Positions 7,226 through 16,072 of a stretch of DNA of 64,000 bases are shown in pieces; within the stretch, counting starts at the first letter, position 1; each line of letters starts with the position of its first letter. The DNA comes from Phycisphaeraceae bacterium (GTDB taxonomy: Bacteria; Planctomycetota; Phycisphaerae; Phycisphaerales; Phycisphaeraceae). A model generated the notes under the pieces. It was not told where the DNA came from. It ran no database searches and saw only the letters and a list, made by a program, of their open reading frames with translations. The stretch lies in contig JBGSTK010000147.1 in assembly GCA_041736565.1 (NCBI GenBank), forward strand, positions 55,473-119,472, written 5' to 3'. A program made the position numbers and the translations under genes.

Positions 7226-8089
7226 TTGTCCGTAAGCCAGTTTAACATTCTCATGAGCAGCCATTGGGCAGTTGAGTTAGTTGGGTTATCGGCCAAGTGG
7301 CTTCGCCGGGGGGGCCGGGGGCTTCGCCGCGCAGTCCGTTACCTTTTGCCAGAAAGCCATTCCCTACGGCTAGAAAGCCAATACTTTCTGCCAGAAAGCC
7401 ATTACTTACGGCCAGAAAGCCATTACTTACGCGGTGATGTCGTGTGTTATTGGGACGGAATGGCTGGGCGCTTTGGCACGGCGGGTGGCCCCCGGCTCAG
7501 GGGCGTCCCTGGGCCAATCGGCCACGACGGTTCACGCCACGGGCGAGTGAGGTTGGTTGGGTTATTGGCCAGTTGGCTTGGCCGCGCGGGAGGGGGTCTG
7601 CCCATTTTCCCGGGACGGGTTCTGGCGCTCCCCTGCTCAGGGCCGGAGGCCCGGCACAACCGTAGCTCGGTCCGTCAGGGCCGAGAAAGCGACGCCCCAA
7701 AATCCCCCCTCTTTTCTTATTTCGTGAGGCCCGGAGGGCCGGCACATCTGTAGCTGGACCGTGAGACCCGGATAACGATGCCCCGCTACCTCGGGTCCTG
7801 GGCCCTGACGGGCCGAGTTAGCAACGTGCCGCCCCTCCGGGGCTCAGGACAGGGGAAACGGCGTGGGGTGGAGATACTCGCGTTCTCGGCCCTGACGGGC
7901 CGAGCTATCAATGTATCGCCCCTCCGGGGCTCAAACCATCGGCATCAGAGCCCGCCCCGGAAAATGGGCAGCCCCCCCGGACCCCGGACCCCGGACGAGG
8001 GACAGACCCGGCCGGTACATCAATTTGCGGAATGCGTTAAACTTGGGGATTCGGCCAAAGCCAGGTGTATTTGGTTGGCGGAGCAACGT
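7226..8089. repeat. Repeat-dense non-coding island holding several short repeat families
   Basis: gttgggttatYggccaRgtggcttSgccg occurs at about 7275 and 7556. ggccctgacgggccgagYtaNcaaYgt...cgcccctccggggctca occurs at about 7800 and 7885. ggcccggaGGgccggcacaNcYgtagctSg occurs at about 7648 and 7727. The supplied ORFs here translate to Arg/Gly/Pro-rich junk. Confidence 0.6.
7348..7431. repeat. Tandem repeat, 4 x 21 bp (gccagaaagccattacttacg consensus)
   Basis: Units lie at 7348, 7369, 7390 and 7411. The last two are identical. The first two differ at 2 and 7 positions. Confidence 0.85.
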
Positions 8090-11000
8090 ATGTCGTTAAT
8101 GCAGACGTGGGGGCCTCAGTTCCATATCAGTGTGCGGAACAAGGGCCGGTTGTACCAGCAGCAGGGGCGTGTGCGCCAGGTGCCGCCCGAGTCCGGGGAG
8201 ATTGTGCGTGCCGAGGTCGAGGGCTCGCGCACGTACATTGTGACGCTGGGCCAGGCCCAGGGTCAGCCGCGCGTCACCTGCACCTGCCCGGATTTTGTTT
8301 CGGGCCAATACTGCAAGCACATCTACGCCACCCTGCTCGACGTGACCCACAACGGCATCACGGGCAGCGATGACGACACCCAAACCGTGACGCCGGGCGA
8401 AAGCTCAATCTCCAGCGTGGACCTGGATGACGGTGCGCCACCGCCACCGCCCAAAGCACGCCGCCGCCAGGGGCCATCCCGACCTGCGACACCTGCGGAG
8501 CCGGAATGGGTCGGCCGCCTGACGCTGCTTCGCCCCTCAAGCACGTTGTTCGTTGACGGCGCTGCGGCTGCACCCGCCACCAATGTGCGGCAAGTCTGCT
8601 ACGTGGTGAGCGTGGAGCTTTCACGTCAGCACAATGGTCTGGTTGTCGAGTTGTTCCAGCGCACGCCGGTCCGCACGGGTTGGAGCGCGCTCAAACGTCT
8701 GCGCATTGCAGCCGGGACGTTGGGCGAACTTTACGATCCGACGGATCGCGAACTCTGTGCGTTACTGTTGGGGGCAGCTTCCGTCAGTGAAACAAGCCCA
8801 TCGTGGAGCGGCAGCTACGATCGACCGCTGGATGGCTACCGCGTGTTGCCCAGCGCTCGCCAGACCATGCTCCGCCGACTCATCGAGACCGGCCGCTGCT
8901 TCCTCGATGACGGCGACAGTCTGACCGATGAGCCCACGTCGCAGCCGATTCCGTTGAGTTGGGATGGCCCCGAGCCGTGGATGCTTTGGATGGTCGGTCG
9001 CGAGGATGAGCAGGCGATGACCGTCACCGTGGAGCTTCGCCGAGGTTCGACGGCCACGGGCTCCACCGAAGAAGGCACGCGACAGGAACGGCAAGAGCGA
9101 CAGGAACGAGCGGAGCGGCAGGAACGGGTAGAGCGCGTCGATGTGATCCAACCGCGATTGATGCTCGGCGGTGAGAACGGCCTGGTCTTCATTGGCCAAA
9201 AGGCAGCGCCGCTGGATGATCGCGATGCGTTTGCATGGGCTTCGCAGTTCCGCGATGCGTTGCGTGACAAGGGCGACGTCGAGCCGATCCGTGTGCCGCT
9301 GGCGGATGTTGAGCGGTTTCTGGATCGCCTGTACCTGCTGCCGAATTTGCCTGAAATCGAGTTGCCGCCGGGCGTGGCGCGTGAAGAGCGTCGCATGGAG
9401 CCCACGCCTCACTTCGAGCTGTTTTCGCCGCGGGTTGGTGACGGCGTTGGCGAGAGCAGGACGGCATCGAAGAATATGCTGACCGGTCGGCTGTGGTTCG
9501 CCTACGAGAATTACCGCATCAAACCCGGCCAACCCGGGCGCTTCGTGCCCGCCACGGCGACGATCGAAACCGACGATGACGCCACGGAGTCGGATGAGAA
9601 CACGCAGCTTGAAACCGACGATGAGCAAGCGACGTCAGTGTCGGCAGCAGTACCCGAGATCGACGACACCGATGGCGATGCTGATGTGCAGGACACAGAC
9701 GAAAACGCCAACGTCGACGCCGACGATCAATCGGCCGCAGCGCCACAGCAAGTCTTGCTTCGCCGCGACCTTCGGCGGGAGGAAGAGGCGCTGTCTTCGC
9801 TGGTGACTCTGGGCTACCGCCCCGACGGAGCGATGGCCACGGCCCAGTCGCTGGGTGGCACATTGGCGACCAAGTTCATGCCCCACGTCGTCAGCACGCT
9901 CCTTAGCCGCGGCTGGATCGTCAAAGCGGATCGACGCATCATCCGCCAAGCTGGGGCACCAAGCCTCTCGATCACCAGTGGCATCGACTGGTTCGAACTC
10001 CACGGCGGAGTCAGGTTCCAATCGCAAAGCGGTGACCAGACCGTCGGTCTGCCCGAAATCCTAAACGCCCTCCGCCGGGGCGAAAGCATGGTCACTCTCG
10101 GCGACGGCACCCAAGGCCTGCTGCCAGAACAGTGGCTCAAGGAACACGGACTGCTATGGAGCATCGGCGAAGTTGAAGATGACCACCTGCGTTTCCGCAT
10201 GAGTCAGGCGGCGCTGCTCGATGCGCTGCTCGATGAACAGGTGCTCGTCGATGTGGATGCACGCTTCGCTGAGGCACGCGACCGCCTGCGGCACTTCGAC
10301 GGAATCACGCCGCTCGATGCGCCACTAAGCTTCGTGGGTAACCTGCGACCTTACCAGCGCGATGGCCTGGGTTGGCTGGCGTTTTTGCGCTGGTTCGGCA
10401 TGGGCGGTATCCTCGCCGACGACATGGGCCTGGGCAAGACCATTCAGGTTTTGGCCATGCTCGACGATTATTATGCCGCGGCTCGCGCGACAATTCCCGA
10501 CGGCTCGAACGCTAGCACTAGCGACGAGAACAACGCCAACGGTGCAGACAACGGCCGATCTCCCACCCTCAGCCCGCCAACGCACCGTCCGACCCTCGTC
10601 ATCGCGCCGCGATCCGTGGTCTTCAACTGGATCGACGAAGCGCAACGTTTCACGCCTAATCTACGGGTGCTCTCGTACAACGGCACGGAACGCCAGAGTC
10701 TGCGCGACGCCTTTGCCCATCACGATCTGATCGTCACCTCCTACGGGTTGATGCGGCGTGACATCCAGGAACTGCGCAAGCATGCTTTCCACTACCTTGT
10801 GCTAGATGAAGCGCAAGCCATCAAGAATCCCGGCTCGCAGGTCGCCAAAGCTTCACGACTGCTCACAGCTGAGCATCGCCTGGCGTTGACAGGCACGCCC
10901 GTGGAAAATCATCTGGGTGATTTGTGGTCGATCTTTGAGTTCCTCAACCCCGGCATGCTGGGCAGCGCCACGCACTTCGGCGACCTGGTCAAGTGGGCCT

Positions 11001-11971
11001 CGCAGGAATCGCGCTACGCACGAAATCGTGCGGCCAACGCGACGCCTCTGGGCATGCCCGACAACGGCGAGGGCGGAGCTGAGGATGACGCTGATCTCGA
11101 AAATCTCGGCGGCGGCGTCGATGACGCGATGCGCAGCACGCAGGTGGCGACGCAAGTCGGGCGGTCCCTGCGGCCGTTCATCCTGCGACGTACCAAGCGC
11201 CAGGTGCTTGACGACCTGCCGGAGAAGACCGAGCAGACGATCCATTGCGAAATGGAGTCAGCGCAACGCAAGGTATACGACGACCTGCTGCGACACTACC
11301 GCGGCACATTGCTGGCGCAGAGCGGCGCGTCCGGAAACGCAACCGGCTCCACTCCCGCCACCGCGGGCGGCAACTCCATGATCGTCCTGGAAGCATTGCT
11401 GCGCCTGCGACAAGCGGCATGCCACCCCGGCCTGATTGATCCAAGCCGTTGCGATGAACCCAGCGCTAAGCTCGAAGCGTTGCTTGAGAATGTCCGCGAG
11501 TTGATTGCCGAGGGACACAAGGCACTGATCTTCAGCCAGTTCACGTCGTTCCTGTCGATCGTGCGCAAGCGTTTGGAAACCGAGGATATCCGCTACGAGT
11601 ATCTCGATGGCCAAACGCGACACCGTAAGCAACGTGTGCAGCGGTTCCAGACCGATCCCGATTGCCCGCTGTTTCTCATCAGCCTCAAAGCGGGCGGCCT
11701 GGGGCTCAATCTCACGGCTGCGGACTACGTCTTTATCCTCGATCCGTGGTGGAACCCCGCGGTGGAGAATCAGGCCATCGATCGCGCCCATCGCATCGGG
11801 CAGACGCAGCACGTCTTTGCCTATCGCATGATTTGCGAGAACACCGTCGAGCAGCGCATCGCCGAGTTGCAGGACAAGAAGCGCAACCTCGCTGATGCCA
11901 TCATCGGCGAACAACAGGAGAGCCTGCTGCGCTCGCTGACCCGCGATGATCTGGAAAAACTACTGAGCTAG
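8090..11971 (+). CDS. SNF2/RAD54-family helicase with an N-terminal SWIM zinc finger
   Basis: SWIM motif CTCPDFVSGQYCKH. Helicase motifs ILADDMGLGKT, LVLDEAQAIKN, LALTGTPVEN and LKAGGLGLNLTAADYVFILDPWWNPAVENQAIDRAHRIGQ. I chose the ATG at 8090 because codons 1-104 of the supplied ORF lie in the repeat island. Confidence 0.9.
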   Translation: MSLMQTWGPQFHISVRNKGRLYQQQGRVRQVPPESGEIVRAEVEGSRTYIVTLGQAQGQPRVTCTCPDFVSGQYCKHIYATLLDVTHNGITGSDDDTQTVTPGESSISSVDLDDGAPPPPPKARRRQGPSRPATPAEPEWVGRLTLLRPSSTLFVDGAAAAPATNVRQVCYVVSVELSRQHNGLVVELFQRTPVRTGWSALKRLRIAAGTLGELYDPTDRELCALLLGAASVSETSPSWSGSYDRPLDGYRVLPSARQTMLRRLIETGRCFLDDGDSLTDEPTSQPIPLSWDGPEPWMLWMVGREDEQAMTVTVELRRGSTATGSTEEGTRQERQERQERAERQERVERVDVIQPRLMLGGENGLVFIGQKAAPLDDRDAFAWASQFRDALRDKGDVEPIRVPLADVERFLDRLYLLPNLPEIELPPGVAREERRMEPTPHFELFSPRVGDGVGESRTASKNMLTGRLWFAYENYRIKPGQPGRFVPATATIETDDDATESDENTQLETDDEQATSVSAAVPEIDDTDGDADVQDTDENANVDADDQSAAAPQQVLLRRDLRREEEALSSLVTLGYRPDGAMATAQSLGGTLATKFMPHVVSTLLSRGWIVKADRRIIRQAGAPSLSITSGIDWFELHGGVRFQSQSGDQTVGLPEILNALRRGESMVTLGDGTQGLLPEQWLKEHGLLWSIGEVEDDHLRFRMSQAALLDALLDEQVLVDVDARFAEARDRLRHFDGITPLDAPLSFVGNLRPYQRDGLGWLAFLRWFGMGGILADDMGLGKTIQVLAMLDDYYAAARATIPDGSNASTSDENNANGADNGRSPTLSPPTHRPTLVIAPRSVVFNWIDEAQRFTPNLRVLSYNGTERQSLRDAFAHHDLIVTSYGLMRRDIQELRKHAFHYLVLDEAQAIKNPGSQVAKASRLLTAEHRLALTGTPVENHLGDLWSIFEFLNPGMLGSATHFGDLVKWASQESRYARNRAANATPLGMPDNGEGGAEDDADLENLGGGVDDAMRSTQVATQVGRSLRPFILRRTKRQVLDDLPEKTEQTIHCEMESAQRKVYDDLLRHYRGTLLAQSGASGNATGSTPATAGGNSMIVLEALLRLRQAACHPGLIDPSRCDEPSAKLEALLENVRELIAEGHKALIFSQFTSFLSIVRKRLETEDIRYEYLDGQTRHRKQRVQRFQTDPDCPLFLISLKAGGLGLNLTAADYVFILDPWWNPAVENQAIDRAHRIGQTQHVFAYRMICENTVEQRIAELQDKKRNLADAIIGEQQESLLRSLTRDDLEKLLS

Positions 11972-12025
11972 CGCGCATATCTGTTATGCTGTTTGCCCCA
12001 CCAACCCCCGTTAGGACCCGCTCCA

Positions 12026-12862
12026 ATGCCCCAGAAAACGCAGAATATGTTTGATCTCACTGGCCAAGTGGCCCTTGTCACCGGCGGCGCCAGTGGCATC
12101 GGCAAGGCGATTGCCGCTGCGCTTTCGCAACACGGCGCATCCGTGGCTGTGGGCTCGCGAACCATCGAGAAGGTCGAAAGCGCAGCCACCGAACTCAATC
12201 AGGCGGTCGGCGGCGATGTTCAGGAGCCCCGCGTCGCAGGCGTGGCGTTGGACGTGACCAACGTCGCCAGCGTTGATCGAGCCGTGCGCAAATGCGTGGA
12301 CCTTTTCGGTCGCCTCGACATCCTGGTCAACTCCGCGGGCGTCATGCTGCGCAAGCCGACGTTCGAGCTTGATCCCGCTGACTTCAACCGCATCTATGAC
12401 ACGCATGTCACCGGCAGTCTGCGTTGCGCGCAGGCCGCGGGCCGACTCTTCCGCGAGCAACATGCGGGCTGCATCATCAACCTCGCGTCGATTTCGAGCT
12501 TCGTCGATCTGGTGGAAGTCACCAGTTACGCCTGCGCTAAGAATGCGGTGATGGGCCTGACGCGCAGCCTCGCCAACGAATGGGCCAAGTACGGCATCCG
12601 CACTAACGCCATTGCGCCCGGCTTCGTCCCCACCGACATCAACCGCAAGATGATCGAGAACACCGACCGCGGCCGACGCATTCTGGAGCACACGCCCATG
12701 GGTCGCTTCGGCAGCGCCGAGGAAATCTCTGGGGCAGCAGTCTATCTGGCGAGTCGTGCTGGCAAGTTCGTCAACGGGCACACTATCGTCGTGGACGGCG
12801 GCTACCTCTCCAGCGGCATCGGCGAAAGCTTCGCCCCTTGGGCACGTCCGGCTGAAGCCTGA
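12026..12862 (+). CDS. SDR-family oxidoreductase
   Basis: VALVTGGASGIGKAIA Rossmann motif and YACAKNAV (YxxxK) catalytic motif. The start is ambiguous (11993, 12026 or 12047). Confidence 0.85.
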   Translation: MPQKTQNMFDLTGQVALVTGGASGIGKAIAAALSQHGASVAVGSRTIEKVESAATELNQAVGGDVQEPRVAGVALDVTNVASVDRAVRKCVDLFGRLDILVNSAGVMLRKPTFELDPADFNRIYDTHVTGSLRCAQAAGRLFREQHAGCIINLASISSFVDLVEVTSYACAKNAVMGLTRSLANEWAKYGIRTNAIAPGFVPTDINRKMIENTDRGRRILEHTPMGRFGSAEEISGAAVYLASRAGKFVNGHTIVVDGGYLSSGIGESFAPWARPAEA

Positions 12863-12880
12863 ACTACGACGATCTCCAAA

Positions 12881-12925
12881 AGCCACCAAAAATCGCGCGG
12901 CCCTCGGCACCTCGTCGAGGGCCGC
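12881..12925 (-). terminator. Rho-independent terminator candidate downstream of the ABC ATPase gene
   Basis: 10-bp GC stem gcggccctcg/cgagggccgc (12897-12925). On the minus strand it is followed by gcgatttttggtggctttt. Confidence 0.5.
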
Positions 12926-12972
12926 GGTGCGTTGCGTGGTAGCACGTTGTGCTTTGTGTGGCAGCCCGCCGA

Positions 12973-13743
12973 TCAATGTGCTTCGAGCGTGCCGACTTCG
13001 ATGTCCAACTCATCACGTCGCTGGAGCCGATCCACCTGGCCGTCCTTGATCCACAGCACGCGGTCGGAGTTGGCCAGCATCTTGTGGTCATGCGTGGCGG
13101 TGATGACCGTCACGCCGGTCTCAGTCGAGAGGGCTTTGAGCAGGTTGATGATGTCGCCGCCGGTTTTGAAGTCGAGGTTAGCCGTCGGCTCATCGGCCAG
13201 AAGAATGGCCGGCTCATTGACCAGAGCGCGGGCGATGGCCACGCGTTGCTGCTGCCCACCCGAGAGTTCATCGGGGCGGTGAGTAACGCGGTTGCCCAAG
13301 CCGACCTGCTCCAACACCTTCATGGCCTGCGCCTCGGCATCGACTTCGCTAAGACCCGCAAAAACCGCGGGCAGCGCGACGTTGCGAAGCGCGGTGAGTG
13401 AGGGAATGAGGTTGTATGCCTGGAAGATGTAGCCGATGTAGTTGCACCGCACGAACGCCAATTGACTGGATGTCAGCTTGGTCAGTTCCAACGGGCCGAT
13501 GCTCACGCCGCCTTTGGTCGGGTGATCCAGCGCACCGACGATATTAAAGAGCGTGGATTTGCCTGATCCCGACGGGCCCATGATCGAGAGGTATTCGCCT
13601 CGGAAAATGTCGAGGGTGACATCACGGAGGGCATAGACCTCGCCGTGCTTGATCTTGTAGACCTTCGACACGTTCTTGACGCCGATGAGCTTGGCGCCCA
13701 GCGGGATGAGGTCCTTCATGGAGTTGGCTTGCGGTTGAGGCAT
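12973..13743 (-). CDS. ABC transporter ATP-binding protein (MacB/LolD/FtsE-like)
   Basis: Walker A GPSGSGKST, signature LSGGQQQRVAIARAL and Walker B ILLADEPTANLD. Confidence 0.9.
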   Translation of the reverse strand: MPQPQANSMKDLIPLGAKLIGVKNVSKVYKIKHGEVYALRDVTLDIFRGEYLSIMGPSGSGKSTLFNIVGALDHPTKGGVSIGPLELTKLTSSQLAFVRCNYIGYIFQAYNLIPSLTALRNVALPAVFAGLSEVDAEAQAMKVLEQVGLGNRVTHRPDELSGGQQQRVAIARALVNEPAILLADEPTANLDFKTGGDIINLLKALSTETGVTVITATHDHKMLANSDRVLWIKDGQVDRLQRRDELDIEVGTLEAH

Positions 13744-13795
13744 TGGCGTGAGGTTTCATAATGCGGCCAAGGCCGCGGTTGATCGAGGTCGGGGG

Positions 13796-15922
13796 TCAGA
13801 ACGGCAACTTGAAGACGGCTTTACTCAGGAACGTGAAGCCGATGGAAAGCGTCCCGATGAGGCCCATGCCGCAGGAGAACCCGGCGAAGACCACGGGAAT
13901 GTACTGTCGCCACTTGAGTCCCAGGCGTTTCTGGAAGTAGAAGCGTCCGATGAGTGCGCCGATGAACTGGATGATGATCGAGTGCGGTTCGCTCTGTCCC
14001 AGTCCGCGAACAATTCCGTAGACCAGGAACGTCGGCCAACCCAGCCAACTCATGCAGGTGAACGCAACGGTGCCCAAGCCGAAGCCCAAGCCGACGTAAA
14101 GCGGTCGGAACGCCTTTTCAAAGAGCGAGTAGCCGCCCAGGGTGGACGAGAACACGACCGACTGATTCTCAGCCTGTAATTCCCACATCACCTGTGCGTA
14201 GGGATACTGCGGCCCGGGCACCTGCCCCAGACTCCAGATGAACTGCGCAAAGAGCAGACTCGACAAAATAATGATGGGCGTGAGGATGATCTCGGCTTTC
14301 CAGATCGACCAGAAGCTCGTGCCGGTCAGTTCAGCCTGGCGATAGAAGACGGTCATGCGGCCATAGTCGTGGATTGGCACGGGCAGGAACCACACTGCCA
14401 CGCCCTGATAGCCCGAGAGGATAAACCCGGCTTCCTTTACAAAGGGGATCGACACCACCTGCCCGGCGATGCCTTCGAGTCGCGCGGTGGCGTAGCTGAT
14501 CAGTGGCGTATAGACAAAACCGTAGAAGAACATAACCACCAGCACGCCGGTTTCATTCCATCCGATGAGCGTCATCGACACGGTGATGTAGAGCAGCGTT
14601 GAGACGAGATAGGTGACGATGATCCAGCGGGTCTTGATGTCGCCGCGACCCTCGGGCGTGGTGACCATGCCCTCGGCCTGGACCTCGTCGTTCTTCTTCA
14701 TCTTCCGGAGCTTCAACATGCCTTTGACGACGGCAACGATGCCCGTCACGGCGATGGCCAACGAGATGCCGATGGTGAAGCTGAAGTAGAAATCGACGTT
14801 GTTCTTGAAGATGGTGGCGACTGTGCTGTCGCCGACGTTCCAAGCTTTGAGGACGGTACCGCCTTCAAAACCCAGCCAGGCGACGGCGGGGAAATTGACG
14901 TTGTAGAGAATCGGGTTGAGGATGAAGGTGATGATGAGCCCGATGAACGAGCCGACCATGGCGAAGAACGGCAGGACCATGCCCACCAGGAGTTGCCCGA
15001 GGTCGAAGGTCAGGCCCGTCGCCACCGCGTGAAGCCATTCGCCAGTCTGCGGGGTGAAATCCACCCAGGGAATGGGCAGGATGATGATCGGCTTTCCGAG
15101 CATGGCGCCGGTGATGGTGGGGATACCGAGGTAGACGACGCCAAAGAGCAATCCGATGACGCCGCCGACGGAGAAGACACGCCAGCGCCACGAGCCCTGG
15201 GTAATTTCGTTGCCATCGTCATCGACATTCTTGCGTGATTCCTCTGCCTGTTCTTCGGACAATGCGAGGATGCCCTGGGCGCCGACGGGAGCCATGGGGA
15301 ACGGGAGTCGTTCGACGTCGCTGGCAAGTCGGAAAAGTCCGTAGCCCAGGATCATGTTGTCGATGCGGGCCATGAGCGTTGAGAAGACAACGAGCCCCAG
15401 TGCCGGGAGCCACTCCGCGCGGAACAATGATCGCACCGCCAGTACGTCGGGGTCGTTGGGGGCGTACCAGTGGGGGAGGAACTCGGCGATGCCGTGAGCT
15501 TGGGCGGCATTGGACTGGACGTAGAACTGGTTCCAGAGGATGCCCGAGAAGGGCGAGGCCATTGCGGCAGCCGCCAGATAGAAGAGTGTGAAGATTTCCG
15601 CGTTTTTGAGGGTCTTGTTGGCGCGACGTGCAACTTCGATGAAGAGGATGACCGTCACCCATTTGGCGGCTTCACTCATCGAGCCGGCATGCCCGACTAG
15701 CAGACTCATATACATCGTGCCGGGCACCATCAGCACTGCCACGAACAACGCTCCGAAGAACGCCGGCCATGTGAAGCCGTTCTCGAAAGTCGAGGGCGGC
15801 TGCATCAGGCTGCGGAACTCCTCGAGTTCACGATCCTGTCGCTTGGTGCGGATCGACGCCCCGATATTCGCCGGTTCGCGGCGATGAGGCGGGGTCGCAT
15901 TGGGATTCAGTTCATCAGCCAC
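13796..15922 (-). CDS. Large polytopic membrane protein, possibly related to OPT-type transporters
   Basis: 708 aa with more than 12 hydrophobic segments. ERLPFPMAPVGAQGILAL resembles the OPT-family FPSG motif region. Family assignment is tentative. Confidence 0.7.
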   Translation of the reverse strand: MADELNPNATPPHRREPANIGASIRTKRQDRELEEFRSLMQPPSTFENGFTWPAFFGALFVAVLMVPGTMYMSLLVGHAGSMSEAAKWVTVILFIEVARRANKTLKNAEIFTLFYLAAAAMASPFSGILWNQFYVQSNAAQAHGIAEFLPHWYAPNDPDVLAVRSLFRAEWLPALGLVVFSTLMARIDNMILGYGLFRLASDVERLPFPMAPVGAQGILALSEEQAEESRKNVDDDGNEITQGSWRWRVFSVGGVIGLLFGVVYLGIPTITGAMLGKPIIILPIPWVDFTPQTGEWLHAVATGLTFDLGQLLVGMVLPFFAMVGSFIGLIITFILNPILYNVNFPAVAWLGFEGGTVLKAWNVGDSTVATIFKNNVDFYFSFTIGISLAIAVTGIVAVVKGMLKLRKMKKNDEVQAEGMVTTPEGRGDIKTRWIIVTYLVSTLLYITVSMTLIGWNETGVLVVMFFYGFVYTPLISYATARLEGIAGQVVSIPFVKEAGFILSGYQGVAVWFLPVPIHDYGRMTVFYRQAELTGTSFWSIWKAEIILTPIIILSSLLFAQFIWSLGQVPGPQYPYAQVMWELQAENQSVVFSSTLGGYSLFEKAFRPLYVGLGFGLGTVAFTCMSWLGWPTFLVYGIVRGLGQSEPHSIIIQFIGALIGRFYFQKRLGLKWRQYIPVVFAGFSCGMGLIGTLSIGFTFLSKAVFKLPF

Positions 15923-16020
15923 GCAATCGTCCTCTATTCGTTATGGGCCGCCCACCTCAGACAGCGCCGCTTTACCGATCTTTCCATACCGACTCACCGC
16001 CACACTACCAGCGGCCAACC

Positions 16021-16055
16021 TCTAATCTCTAATCTCTAATCTCAAATCTTCAACC
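16021..16055. repeat. Heptamer microsatellite (tctaatc x3 plus two degenerate units)
   Basis: tctaatctctaatctctaatctcaaatcttcaacc lies in the 150-bp gap between two genes of the cluster. Confidence 0.6.
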
Positions 16056-16072
16056 GCTAACCGCCGATCGCC

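Larger units (their letters stand above)
3400..7300 (-). mobile_element. Integron-type gene cassette array with no integrase in the window (CALIN-like): about 8 cassettes and 7 attC-like sites
   Basis: Eight small ORFs all lie on the minus strand. Each is followed by a roughly 100-110-bp imperfect palindrome bounded by YTAAC and GTTA(G/T)(G/C). Stop codons at 4528, 6046 and 6750 fall inside the TAAC box. GC content is visibly lower than in the flanks. Cargo is typical of cassettes (VOC/glyoxalase protein, small membrane proteins, domains of unknown function). Confidence 0.5.

Noticed and set aside
7348-7431. CRISPR array
   Set aside because: The four 21-bp units are directly adjacent with no spacers. 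They are shorter than CRISPR repeats, and no cas genes are present.
7226-8089. ORF 7226-7753 and the first 104 codons of ORF 7778-11971 as coding sequence
   Set aside because: The translations are produced by tandem and dispersed DNA repeats (PESHYLR x3, ALTGRxxNVxPLRGS x2). The SNF2 protein has a sensible ATG at 8090, directly before its SWIM domain.
8090-11971. SNF2 helicase as part of a phage-defence island (DISARM/Zorya-like)
   Set aside because: No methyltransferase, DUF1998, phospholipase D or ZorA/B-like partners are adjacent. The neighbours are an SDR gene and the repeat island, so the context does not support a defence call.
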